Notes: generated by a model not told the origin, from the sequence alone. DNA of 64,000 nt from Lichenicoccus sp. (GCF_965276875.1 NZ_OZ255701.1:2752440-2816439); one strand, 5' to 3'. Positions 38,150-47,839 are shown, counted from the stretch's first letter. Numbers and translations are program-made.

Positions 38150-38196
38150 CAAAGCCCCGATGGACGCGGCGGCGGCCGTCGCGCAAGCTGCCTCGT

Positions 38197-41100
38197 ATGG
38201 CAGCAACGCAACGTCTCATCCCTTCGCGCCGGGAATATAATCGCTGGGTGGCGGACGAGACGCTCGAAGATTTCGCCCTGCGCTATACTCCGGCCTCGGC
38301 GCGGCGCTGGAGCGGCGGCGCCATCGCCAATACCGCAATGGGGTCGTCCTCATTCATGGCGTTGGAGGCGATCGGCGGCCTGATCACCTTGCGTTATGGT
38401 TTCGCTGTCGCCGCCCTCGCCATCCTCGTCAGCAGCCTGGTCATCTTCGCCACCGCCTGGCCGATCGCGTTCGCCTCGGCGCGGCGTGGCATCGACGTCG
38501 ACCTGCTGACCCGCGGCGCCGGCTTTGGCTATATCGGCTCGACCATCACCTCGCTGATCTACGCCGCCTTCACCTTCATCTTCTTCGCGCTCGAGGCCAC
38601 GATCTTCGCCGCCAGCCTGCAGGCCGCCTTCGGTCTGCCGGTGCAGCTCGGCGTTGTGCTGGCAGCCGTAATCGTGGTGCCGATGGTCACGCACGGCATT
38701 GCCTTCATCAATCGCTTTCAGCGCGTAACACAGCCGCTGTGGCTGGCGCTCACGGCGCTGGCGATCGCGGCGGTGCTGCTGCACGGCTCGGCGACGCTCG
38801 TCGCCTGGCGGCAGTTTCCCGGTCTTGCGCGCAGCGGCAGCAGGTTGGTGGACTTCGGGGCCGCTGCCTCGGTGATTGCCGCCCTGCTCGCTCAGGTCGG
38901 CGAGCAGGTGGACTACCTGCGCTTCCTCCCAGCACCCAATCCCGAGCAACGCTGGCGTTGGCACCTGGCCCTCCTGCTCGGCGGTCCCGGCTGGATCGTG
39001 CCGGGCGCGCTCAAGCTGTTCCTGGGCTCGCTGCTCGCAACCCTGGCCTTCAACGCCGGCGCGCCACCGATCCTCGCTGCACAGCCCGCGACGATGTATG
39101 CCGACGCCTTCGGCCTGCTCACCGAGCATCACGCCCTGGCGCTGGCGGCGACAACGCTGCTGATCGTCACCGCCCAGCTCAAGATCAATGTCACCAACGC
39201 CTATGCCGGCTCGATCGCCTGGTCGAACTTCTTCTCGCGCCTGACCCGGAGCCATCCCGGACGGGTGGTCTGGGTGGTGTTCAACGTCACGATTGCCGTG
39301 CTGCTGGTCGAACTCGGCATCTATCCCGCGATCGCCGCGGTGCTCGCGGGCTTCTCGGTCGTTGTCTGCGCCTGGGTCGGCGCGCTGGTCTCCGATCTGG
39401 TGCTGGTGCGCCCGCTGCGGCTGGCACCGCGCGTGAGCGACTTCAAGCGCGCGCATCTGTTCGACATCAATCCGGTCGGCATCGGCGCGATGGCCGCCGC
39501 CATCGGGCTGGGCATGCTGGCTTTGGCCGGCGGCTTTGGTGTGGTGGCACAGGCCTTCGCGCCATTCCTGGCGCTGGCGACTGCCCTGCTGGCCTGTCCG
39601 CCTTTGGCCCTGCTGACCGGCGGCCGGTTCTATCTTGCGCGCAAACCGCGCCGCAGCTGGGCCGATAAGGCGCCGGCCTGCCGGGTCTGCGGCGTCGGCT
39701 TCGCAGCACCCGACATGGCCTATTGCCCGGCCTATGGCGGCGCCATCTGTTCGCTTTGCTGCACGCTCGACGTACGCTGCGGCGATCTGTGCAAGCCGCA
39801 CGCCCGCACCGCCGCACAACTCTCCGCCCTGCTGCAAGGGCTGGTGCCACATCGCCTGCGCGGGCGGCTCGGGCAGGCGCTGCCGCGCTTCCTCGCGCAA
39901 TTCGCGGTTGCCTGCGTGCTGGTGGCGCTGCTGCTCGGCTCGGTCTATCTCCAGGCCGCCGGCGCCAATGCGGCGTTGCGCCTGTCGATGGCGCAGGCGC
40001 TGTGGCGCGCCTTCCTGGTGCTGTCCATCGTCGCGGGAATCGTCGTGTGGCTGCTGACCTTGGCGCAGGAGAGCAGGGGGGCGGCACTCGAGGAGAGCCG
40101 ACGGCAGACGGCGCTGCTCGAGGAGGAGATCGCAGCCCACGGCCGTACCGACGCCGACCTGCACCGCGCCAAGGGTGTCGCCGAGGCCGCCAACCTCGCC
40201 AAGAGCCGCTTCGTCGTCGGTGTGGCGCACGAGTTGCGCACGCCGCTCAACGCCGTCCTCGGTTACGCACAATTGCTCGAGTTCGACGCGGCAATCCCGG
40301 AGGGGCGGCGCGAGGCGGTGCGCACCATTCGGCGCGGCGGCGAGCATCTGGCGCGCCTGATCGAAGGCCTGCTCGACATCTCCAAGATCGAGTCCGGCCG
40401 TATCCAGATCGAGCGCCGACCGGTGCGGCTTGCCGAGTTCCTCAGCCAGATCGTCGACATGTTCCGCCTGCAGGCCGAGGCTAAGGGGATCGCCTTCCGC
40501 TTTGCGCCGGCCGCGTCGATGCCCGGCGTCGTGCGCATGGACGAGACCAGGCTGCGCCAGGTGCTGATCAACCTGCTGTCCAACGCCATCAAGTTCACCA
40601 GCCAGGGCGAGGTCGCGTTCGTCGTCACGCGTCGTGGCGAAGTCACCGAGTTCAGCGTCACCGACAGCGGCCCGGGAATCGCATCCCACGACTTCGAACG
40701 AATTTTCGAGCCCTTCGAGCGCCTGGCCGGCGCGCCCGCGCACCATAATCCGGGGATTGGCCTGGGCCTGACCATCTGCAAGCTGCTCACCACAGTGATG
40801 GGCGGCGAAATCCAGGTCGAGAGCACGCTGGGGCGCGGCAGCCGGTTTCGCGTCCGGCTGCTGCTCTCCATTGTCCCTGGAACCGCCGCCGCGGCACCGC
40901 GCCCGGCGATGCTGCGCGGCTATGCCGGACCGCGTCGCACCCTGGTCGCCGCCGACGACGACGCGGTGCACCGCGCTTTGCTCGGCGAGGCGCTGACCCC
41001 GCTCGGCTTCATGCTGCACGCGGTGCCCGATGCGGCCGGCTGCCTGCGTCTCGCCGCCGAGGCGCATGACGGCGGCATCGACGCCTTTTTGCTCGACGTC

Positions 41101-41541
41101 TCGATGCGCGCCCTCGACGGCCCGCAGATGGATGGCTGGCAAATCGCTCGACGCCTGCGCGAGAGCGGCTGGCGGGTGCCGATCATCGTGGTGTCGGCGC
41201 ATCCCGAGGAACTGTCGCCGGACAGTCCGCACGACGCCTTCCTGAGCAAGCCGATGAGCATCCCGGCCTTGCACGAGACGCTCGGGCGATTGCTGCGGCT
41301 GGACTGGATCGAGGCCGCCCCGACGACGGAGCCCGCCGAGGCCGCCATGCCGGTCCCGCCGCTCGACGAGCTGTGCCGACTCGCGCGCACCGGTCACGTG
41401 CGGGCACTCTCGACTCGCGTGGAGGCGTTGCACGCGGCAATGCCCGACGACGTACGCCTCAGCCGTCTCGCCGACGCGGTGCGCGGCTTTCGTCTTGACG
41501 AGGCGGAGGCGATCCTGGCCGAGCTCTCAGCAGGCGCCTGA
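38197..41541 (+). CDS. Hybrid sensor histidine kinase with N-terminal permease-paralogue sensor, 8-Cys module, HisKA-HATPase and REC
   Basis: The first ~500 aa are collinear with the permease at 34772, with long identical stretches. The 8-Cys module, extra TM segments, H-box VAHELRTPLN, N-box LLSNAIKFT, G-boxes and a receiver (..FLLDVSM..) follow. The ATG at 38197 is chosen because the N-terminal length then equals the paralogue's. An ATG at 38146 is the alternative. Confidence 0.9.
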   Translation: MAATQRLIPSRREYNRWVADETLEDFALRYTPASARRWSGGAIANTAMGSSSFMALEAIGGLITLRYGFAVAALAILVSSLVIFATAWPIAFASARRGIDVDLLTRGAGFGYIGSTITSLIYAAFTFIFFALEATIFAASLQAAFGLPVQLGVVLAAVIVVPMVTHGIAFINRFQRVTQPLWLALTALAIAAVLLHGSATLVAWRQFPGLARSGSRLVDFGAAASVIAALLAQVGEQVDYLRFLPAPNPEQRWRWHLALLLGGPGWIVPGALKLFLGSLLATLAFNAGAPPILAAQPATMYADAFGLLTEHHALALAATTLLIVTAQLKINVTNAYAGSIAWSNFFSRLTRSHPGRVVWVVFNVTIAVLLVELGIYPAIAAVLAGFSVVVCAWVGALVSDLVLVRPLRLAPRVSDFKRAHLFDINPVGIGAMAAAIGLGMLALAGGFGVVAQAFAPFLALATALLACPPLALLTGGRFYLARKPRRSWADKAPACRVCGVGFAAPDMAYCPAYGGAICSLCCTLDVRCGDLCKPHARTAAQLSALLQGLVPHRLRGRLGQALPRFLAQFAVACVLVALLLGSVYLQAAGANAALRLSMAQALWRAFLVLSIVAGIVVWLLTLAQESRGAALEESRRQTALLEEEIAAHGRTDADLHRAKGVAEAANLAKSRFVVGVAHELRTPLNAVLGYAQLLEFDAAIPEGRREAVRTIRRGGEHLARLIEGLLDISKIESGRIQIERRPVRLAEFLSQIVDMFRLQAEAKGIAFRFAPAASMPGVVRMDETRLRQVLINLLSNAIKFTSQGEVAFVVTRRGEVTEFSVTDSGPGIASHDFERIFEPFERLAGAPAHHNPGIGLGLTICKLLTTVMGGEIQVESTLGRGSRFRVRLLLSIVPGTAAAAPRPAMLRGYAGPRRTLVAADDDAVHRALLGEALTPLGFMLHAVPDAAGCLRLAAEAHDGGIDAFLLDVSMRALDGPQMDGWQIARRLRESGWRVPIIVVSAHPEELSPDSPHDAFLSKPMSIPALHETLGRLLRLDWIEAAPTTEPAEAAMPVPPLDELCRLARTGHVRALSTRVEALHAAMPDDVRLSRLADAVRGFRLDEAEAILAELSAGA

Positions 41542-41550
41542 GCCAGGAGC

Positions 41551-42414
41551 ATGGACGGCACCATCCTGATCGTCGACGACAGCCCCGACACGCTGGGCAT
41601 GCTCACCGCCGCCCTGGAGGCGGCGGGCTTCACCGTGCTGGTGTCGCTCTCCGGCGAGCGCGCACTCGAGATCGTGCATGCCGCGCGTCCGGACCTGGTG
41701 CTGATGGACGCGGTAATGCCCGAACTCGACGGCTTCGAGACCTGCCGCCGGCTGCGTCGCATCCCCGGCACCGCGACCCTGCCAGTGATCTTCATGACCG
41801 GGCTCGCCGATACCGACCACGTGATCCGCGGGCTGCAGGCCGGCGCCGTCGATTACGTGACCAAGCCGGTGGCGGTGCGCGAGATGATCGCCCGCATCGA
41901 GGTGCATATCGCTGCCGCCCGGATGATGCGCAGTGCCCGCGCCGCGATGGAGATGTCCGGGCACGCGCTGTTCGCGGTCAGCGACACGGGCGCGCTGCTC
42001 TGGGCGACGCCGCGCGCCGAGAGCCTGCTGGCGGCGGCCCGGCTTGAGGGCGCCCCGCTTGCCGAGACGCTTCGCCCGCTGCTCGCCGGCGAGGCGCCGC
42101 TCGGCACGTTGCAGCGCGACACGACCGAAATCGGCCGGGTCGGTGTGCTTGGACCCGACGAGACCCTGCTGCGTATCGAGACCACCCACGCCTCGCGCAC
42201 CGAGCAGCGACTGCGCGCCCGCCTGCCGGTAACGCCGCGCGAGTGCGAGGTGCTGCTCTGGCTCACCCGCGGCAAGACCAACCGCGACATCGCCGAAATC
42301 CTCGGCCTGCGTCCCCGCACCGTGAACAAGCATCTCGAACAGGCCTACGCCAAACTCGGCGTCGAGAACCGCGCCGCCGCCGTGGCGCTGACCCTGAACG
42401 CCTTGCGCGACTGA
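41551..42414 (+). CDS. Response regulator, REC - linker domain - LuxR/FixJ HTH
   Basis: REC (ILIVDDSP..LVLMDAVMPELDG..VDYVTKP) and a C-terminal HTH (TPRECEVLLWLTRGKTNRDIAEILGLRPRTVNKHLE). It lies 10 nt after the kinase. Confidence 0.9.
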   Translation: MDGTILIVDDSPDTLGMLTAALEAAGFTVLVSLSGERALEIVHAARPDLVLMDAVMPELDGFETCRRLRRIPGTATLPVIFMTGLADTDHVIRGLQAGAVDYVTKPVAVREMIARIEVHIAAARMMRSARAAMEMSGHALFAVSDTGALLWATPRAESLLAAARLEGAPLAETLRPLLAGEAPLGTLQRDTTEIGRVGVLGPDETLLRIETTHASRTEQRLRARLPVTPRECEVLLWLTRGKTNRDIAEILGLRPRTVNKHLEQAYAKLGVENRAAAVALTLNALRD

Positions 42415-42454
42415 AGCCCGCGTTGACACCACTGAGACGCGGCTGCATGACGAA

Positions 42455-42534
42455 CCCATGACCGGGGTGTCCGCATACGCGGACTGAGATCACACCCGTC
42501 GAACCTGATCTGGGTCATTCCAGCGAAGGGAGGC
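42455..42534 (+). promoter_or_regulatory. TPP (THI-box) riboswitch
   Basis: The core elements appear in canonical order. They are GGGGTG (42464), the P3 hairpin TCCGC-ATAC-GCGGA, CTGAGA (42484), ACCC (42494), GAACCTGATCTGG (42501), and then CCAGCG-AAGGGA (42520-42531). The SD GGGAGG and the ATG at 42535 are embedded at the 3' end. Confidence 0.85.
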
Positions 42535-44832
42535 ATGTCGATGGACAAGAGCCGTTCGTTCACCGTTTGCGCGTGCGGTGTGGGTCTGCTTGGGGCCGTG
42601 CCGGCGTTCGCGCAGCAGCAACCGGGGACCGAGCAGATCACCGTCACCGCGCCAGCTTCTGCCGGCGGCGGCCTGATCGCGCCACGCACCGACGCTCGCT
42701 CGGTGAGCGCCGTCTCGCGCGACTTCATCGCCCGCCAGGCGCCGACCGAGAACGCATTCCAACTCATCTCGCTGCTGCCGGGTGCGAACTCAGCAAGCGC
42801 CGACCCGCTCGGCTTCTCGACCCAGGTCGATCTGAGCGTGCGCGGGCTCGGCCAGGACGAGATCGGAGCACTACTCGAAGGCATGCCGCTGAACGACGCC
42901 GCCTATTACAACTCCTATCCCTCGCAATTCGCCGACACCGAGAACATCGAGGACATTTCACTCACCCAGGGCTCCGCCGATCTCGACGCACCGCTGCTCA
43001 ACGCCGCGGGCGGTGTGCTCAGCCTCACCCTGCGCGATCCCTCGAAGCAGGCGGGCGGCTATGTCGATACCTCGTACGGCTCCTATCACACCAACCGCGA
43101 GTTCATCCGGCTCGACAGCGGCACGATCGCCGGCTTTCGCGGTTTCGTCTCATACTCTCACGCAAGCGCCGACAATGCTGGCGGCTCCGGCCGCGACAAG
43201 CGCCAGCATGTTGACCTGAAAATCGTGCGTGACTGGGGGCAGCGCAACCATGTCTCGCTGCTGCTCACCTGGCACGATGCGACCACCACCTCCTACCTCG
43301 AGCCGACGCTCGCGCAATGGCAGCAGAACGGCCGTTCGAATCATTACGACGGGACGTTCTCGCCCAGCGACATCAATTATTGGCGGCTCTACCAGGACCC
43401 TTATCGGCTGGTCTATGCGTCGATGCCGTCGCACTTCACCCTCGCGCCCAACCTGCAATTCGCAATCGTGCCCTACGCACAATATGGCTACGGCAACTCT
43501 CCGGGCGGCAGCCTGCTTGCCACCAGCGGGCTGTATCAGGGCACCGAGCCGGTGGCCGGCAGCATTACCCTGCCGGGTGCCGTGGGCGGCCAGGCGGCGG
43601 TGCTGGCGGATTATACCGGCCTGACCTACCGCGCCGGCGTTGTCCCGCAAGTCCATCTCACGCTGGGCGCGCAGCGTCTGACCTTCGGCGCCTGGTACGA
43701 CTATGTCGACGAGCACGACACCCAGCCCTTCAGCGCGCTCAGTGCCGACGGCACGCCCTCCGACAGCTGGGCGGAGCGATCCGGCAGCGTTGTCAAACTT
43801 GCTAACGGGCGAACGCTGTTTGCCTCCAACACCCATATGATCGCGCAGACCAACGCGCTGTTCGCCAGCGACCGGATCACGCTGGACGGCGGCCGCCTCA
43901 CGCTCGATCTCGGCTTCAAGGAAGCCGTGCTCTCGCGCACCGGTTGGGACGCGCTGCCGGGTCCGCAATACCGCACCGGCCTGAACGATTCCGAGCCGCT
44001 GCCGCGCGCCGCCGTCGACTGGCGGCTCGACCGCGTGAACCAGCTCTTCGCCAACGTCACGACGAATTTTCGCGCGCCCGCGCAAAGCGCGCTGTTCGCC
44101 ACCATCGATCCGTCCAGCGGCAGCATCGTCAGCGCCGCCGCCACCAATCTGAAACCGGAATATTCAATCGTCGAGGAGCTGGGCTACCGCTACGACGGCA
44201 AGCTTCTGGTCGGCAGCGTGACGCTGTTCAACTACAACTTTACCAACCGCCAGATCACCACCGTGCTCAATCTCAACGGCGCGCTGATCGGCGGCACCAT
44301 CAATGCCGGCGGCCAGACCTCGCGCGGCGTCGATGCCGAACTCGGCCTGAACCCCTGGCATCATCTCAGCCTCTATCTCTCCGGCGAGTATCTCTACGCA
44401 ACCATCGACAACGACATCGCCAACGGTGGCGACCTGCTGCCAACCGCCGGCAAGATCGCCGTGCGCAGCCCCCGCTTGCAGGGTGCTGTCGGGCTCACCT
44501 ACGACGACGGCACGCTGTTCGGCGTCGCCACCGTCAAATACGTCGGCTCGCAATACGCCACCTTCATCAACGACGAGCGGATCGCCGCACACACTGAGGC
44601 CGACCTGGCCCTCGGCGTGCGCCTGCCGTCGTTCGGCCCCGCTTCACACCCGCAGCTCCGCCTCAACCTGGTCAACGTCACCGACAATGCGTTCCTGTCG
44701 TCCGTCGCCAACCCGACCACCAACGCGCACGACACGGTCGGCCGCTACGGCACCGTAATCGCCGGGAGTGCCCCCACCTACCTGATCGGCGGCGGCTTCG
44801 CGGCCCTGCTGACCGCCAGCAGCGGGTTCTGA
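42535..44832 (+). CDS. TonB-dependent outer-membrane receptor
   Basis: Signal peptide, plug-domain motifs (..ISLLPGAN..VRGLGQDE..LEGMPLND..), a beta-barrel length and a C-terminal aromatic residue (..SSGF). Confidence 0.9.
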   Translation: MSMDKSRSFTVCACGVGLLGAVPAFAQQQPGTEQITVTAPASAGGGLIAPRTDARSVSAVSRDFIARQAPTENAFQLISLLPGANSASADPLGFSTQVDLSVRGLGQDEIGALLEGMPLNDAAYYNSYPSQFADTENIEDISLTQGSADLDAPLLNAAGGVLSLTLRDPSKQAGGYVDTSYGSYHTNREFIRLDSGTIAGFRGFVSYSHASADNAGGSGRDKRQHVDLKIVRDWGQRNHVSLLLTWHDATTTSYLEPTLAQWQQNGRSNHYDGTFSPSDINYWRLYQDPYRLVYASMPSHFTLAPNLQFAIVPYAQYGYGNSPGGSLLATSGLYQGTEPVAGSITLPGAVGGQAAVLADYTGLTYRAGVVPQVHLTLGAQRLTFGAWYDYVDEHDTQPFSALSADGTPSDSWAERSGSVVKLANGRTLFASNTHMIAQTNALFASDRITLDGGRLTLDLGFKEAVLSRTGWDALPGPQYRTGLNDSEPLPRAAVDWRLDRVNQLFANVTTNFRAPAQSALFATIDPSSGSIVSAAATNLKPEYSIVEELGYRYDGKLLVGSVTLFNYNFTNRQITTVLNLNGALIGGTINAGGQTSRGVDAELGLNPWHHLSLYLSGEYLYATIDNDIANGGDLLPTAGKIAVRSPRLQGAVGLTYDDGTLFGVATVKYVGSQYATFINDERIAAHTEADLALGVRLPSFGPASHPQLRLNLVNVTDNAFLSSVANPTTNAHDTVGRYGTVIAGSAPTYLIGGGFAALLTASSGF

Positions 44833-44835
44833 GCC

Positions 44836-45765
44836 ATGCGCCGTCGCTCGTTGCTGGCCGCTGGCCTGGCGCTTTCGCTCCCGCGCCCAGCCGCCGCCGC
44901 GGACAAGCTCACGGTAATCCTCGACTGGTTCATCAACGCCAACCACGAATCCCTGTTTGCCGCGCAATATTGCGGCGACTACGCCCGCGCCGGTCTCGAC
45001 GTGCGCTTCATCGCCCCAGCCGACCCCTCCTCGCCGCCGCGCCTGCTCGCCGCCGGGCAGGCAGATCTCGCGGTCAGCTACCAGACCGAACTGCCGTTCC
45101 TCGCCGCACGGGGGCTCCCGGTGGTGCGCGTCGCCACCCTGCTTGACCAGCCGTTGGAAGTGCTGATGACGCTGCCAGGCTACGGCATACGCAAGCTCGC
45201 CGACTTCAAGGGCCGCAGCATCGGCGTCGCGGTGGGCCCAGGTGAGGACGCCCAGCTCGACGCCATGCTGGACTCCGCGGGCCTCAAGCCAAACGACGTC
45301 CGCCGCGTGCAGGTCAATTTCCAGGTCGAGCAGGCGCTGATGTCGCACAGTGTGGATGCCGTCATGGGCGGCATGCGCAACTACGAACTGATCGACCTAC
45401 GCCAGCGCGGCCTCTCCCCGATCGCCTTCCGGCCCGAGCAGCACGGCGTGCCGCCCTACGACGAACTGATCCTGCTGGCCCGTCGCGACAACGCAGCAAG
45501 CCCAAAGATCGCCCGCTTCCTCGCCGCCCTACGCGTGGGCACCGCCCGCCTGCAAGCCGATCCCGGCTTCGTCTGGCGCAAATTCGCCGCCGCCCACCCG
45601 GACCTCGACACCCGCCTGAATCGCGCCGCCTGGACCGCAACCCTGCCGATGCTTCCGGCCGACCCCGCGCATCTCGATCTCACCCGCTACGAGACATTAC
45701 AGCGCTTTCTCGTGGCATACGGGGCGCTGCGCGATGCGGTGCCGGTGGCGACCTACGTTCGGTAG
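44836..45765 (+). CDS. NMT1/THI5-like (ThiY-type) periplasmic substrate-binding protein
   Basis: Signal peptide. The translation ..LTVILDWFINANHESLFAAQ...GLDV.. is typical of ThiY/NMT1 pyrimidine-precursor binding proteins. It starts 4 nt after the receptor's stop codon. Confidence 0.8.
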   Translation: MRRRSLLAAGLALSLPRPAAAADKLTVILDWFINANHESLFAAQYCGDYARAGLDVRFIAPADPSSPPRLLAAGQADLAVSYQTELPFLAARGLPVVRVATLLDQPLEVLMTLPGYGIRKLADFKGRSIGVAVGPGEDAQLDAMLDSAGLKPNDVRRVQVNFQVEQALMSHSVDAVMGGMRNYELIDLRQRGLSPIAFRPEQHGVPPYDELILLARRDNAASPKIARFLAALRVGTARLQADPGFVWRKFAAAHPDLDTRLNRAAWTATLPMLPADPAHLDLTRYETLQRFLVAYGALRDAVPVATYVR

Positions 45766-45779
45766 AATTTGGTAGTCTC

Positions 45780-46175
45780 TCAGTGCGAGACCCGGCAGGG
45801 GAAGACCTCCAACAGTCCCCTAATCACTAAATCGGCGGCCGGGCCATTCAACATATCAGGGTGGGCCATCGCATAACGCTGGAACGATAGAATGATCTGC
45901 CTTCCAGACGTTTTGGCCGGCAAGCAAATCCCTTGTCGTATAGTTGGAAGGCTTACCACATCGGCCACGGCATCGACGTAAGCCGTGCAAGCTCCCGACG
46001 CGTTTCCTTTGCAGAGTTCATAGAGCCGGTCCCCGCTCACAAACGCGTTTATTGTTGATGCTTGGGCACCGGCCGACAGCAGCCACGTTGCAGTCAGAAC
46101 ACCCGCGAGTTGCGCAAAGCGCTCTGTCGCATGGTAGGCGGATCGCCAATAAATCCGGCTAGGCTTCACGTTCAT
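45780..46175 (-). CDS. Rap1a/Tai-family (T6SS amidase-effector) immunity-like protein
   Basis: Signal peptide plus the pattern ..GDRLYELC....GACTAYVDAVADV......ICLP...SGRQI...FQRYAMAHPDML...AADLVIRGLLEVFPC. It sits at the edge of the lower-GC islet. Confidence 0.65.
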   Translation of the reverse strand: MNVKPSRIYWRSAYHATERFAQLAGVLTATWLLSAGAQASTINAFVSGDRLYELCKGNASGACTAYVDAVADVVSLPTIRQGICLPAKTSGRQIILSFQRYAMAHPDMLNGPAADLVIRGLLEVFPCRVSH

Positions 46176-46429
46176 AATGCCGCCTCACTGCTACCTAAAG
46201 GCTTATCCGCATTCGTTGCAAACTGAGTGGTCCTTTTGCATCTACTCTAACCCAAACGAAACGGATGGCTAGAGTGAAACCAAAAACTGTCCATATATTT
46301 TAGGCAAACGGCATGCAAATCTATGAGCTGGCAATGTGGCCGGTTTAAAATATGTCTCTCATAAAAGGGCGGCTCGCATTTTCTTGCCTCGTCATATATC
46401 CTGAGGGGAAAGCATGGAGCCGACGAGGT

Positions 46430-46639
46430 ATGACACGAAACATCATTAACCCGGAAGAGGGCGCGGAGTTGAAGCGTCTCTACATAGAGCACGCTACGGC
46501 GACAAGCTACGCTGTCGCTGTCCTTCGGGACATGGGCATGAATTCTCCTGAGTTTCGTGCGGCCGACGAAGCGGTTACTAAACTTTGGCCTCGTATTCGG
46601 CAGATTCTGGGCAACTCCGACCACCCGTGGACGGCTTAG
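46430..46639 (+). CDS. Small hypothetical protein
   Basis: A 69-aa ORF with plausible composition (MTRNIINPEEGAELKRLYIEH..) in lower-GC DNA. No homology recognised. Confidence 0.3.
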   Translation: MTRNIINPEEGAELKRLYIEHATATSYAVAVLRDMGMNSPEFRAADEAVTKLWPRIRQILGNSDHPWTA

Positions 46640-46792
46640 ATGTCTCCAAGGAGAGAAGCGCCGCGCCGACCTTATCGGCGGTAGCAGTCAGTCTCTGGCC
46701 GCAAGCGTCCCCAGTCTTTTGAGTTGCTTCCCGACAGACGGCTTTGCCGGGGTGTTTGACCGGGCATAACCCATCTATGCTATACATCCTTA

Positions 46793-47068
46793 ATGCAAAG
46801 CAGGGAGGAGTCTTTGATCAACTCGTCTTTCGGTATCGATCGACTGGTGACATGGTGCGGCGAGCAACATGCTAGCCACTGCAGGCAGGTGGAAATGCTC
46901 GAGAACGGCGAGTTGCGTACGCACAGCGAGCGGTGCAATGAAGAGCAACACGATACTTCGCAGGAATCTCTCAACCACGCGCGCCAAAAGGTAGCTGAGT
47001 TGGATCGTCTTTTGCAGGGCTTGTCTCCTGCTTCAATCCAGTCAGAGAAAGACGCACAGCGCCTATAG
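46793..47068 (+). CDS. Small hypothetical protein
   Basis: A 91-aa ORF in the lower-GC islet with plausible composition. No homology recognised. Confidence 0.25.
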   Translation: MQSREESLINSSFGIDRLVTWCGEQHASHCRQVEMLENGELRTHSERCNEEQHDTSQESLNHARQKVAELDRLLQGLSPASIQSEKDAQRL

Positions 47069-47174
47069 GGTTCCGGAGGCGAGAAACGCCCGGCCGACCT
47101 GATCGACACGGCGATGAAGTTCATGCGTATAGCGACCGACACGGAGCAAGACGAACAAAAAGTCACGACCACGG

Positions 47175-47720
47175 TTAACTGAGTAGCGAGGCGTATGGCG
47201 GTTCTGTCGAAGACGGCTTGCTGAATGGAGGTTGGACGGGTGGTCTTGATTGTATGCGGTGCGTCGCCGATCCGCACGACGTGCGGGCGCGTGTGACAAG
47301 GTGTCGCTGGAGCATGTTGAAGCTGTGCACCGGGTGCCCGTTGCCGGCTTGGCGCAAAGCGGCCTTTTTCTTTGCGGCTGCGTGCTCGTCCGGATAACCT
47401 TGTACTGTAGTTGCGGTCACGGCGCGGGTATCCAATAAGGCAAGCTGTAGTGGGTCGCCCTCGTCCGCAAGGGCCTGGATTGAGGTTGCAAGGCGGTCGC
47501 CCAGTCCAAGCCAGCGCGCTTGAGATCGGCTTCGATATGCGCGTTGTTGGTTATGCCGCGATTACCGACAAGGACCACGCCATCAAGCTTGAATCGCTCG
47601 CGCAGCATCTTGACCTGGGTCTGCCAGCATCGCCCGATCGGCTGTGTTGGAGTCGCGCGAATGCACTCTGCCTAAGACGAGCACCTCAATCGCCATCTTG
47701 AAGCCGTCAGCGAAACGCGG
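47175..47720 (-). pseudogene. Decayed IS1634/IS4-like transposase fragment (frameshifted)
   Basis: Two adjacent minus-strand frames give ..DSNTA..QVKMLRERFKLDGVVLVGNRGITNNAHIEADLKRAGLDWATAL.. and ..DPLQLALLDTRA...GYPDEHAAAKKKAALRQ... These resemble internal segments of that transposase family as I recall it. There is no intact ORF and no recognisable ends. Confidence 0.4.
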
Positions 47721-47839
47721 GACGTGCTCGGGGTATCAACACCTCCCCAGCCGGTCTCTGCCCGGCACTACGCCATCAGAAGCGGAACCGAAGACAATTT
47801 GCGCATTGCCGCCTAAAGGCAGCGGTTTCTACCCAAACG

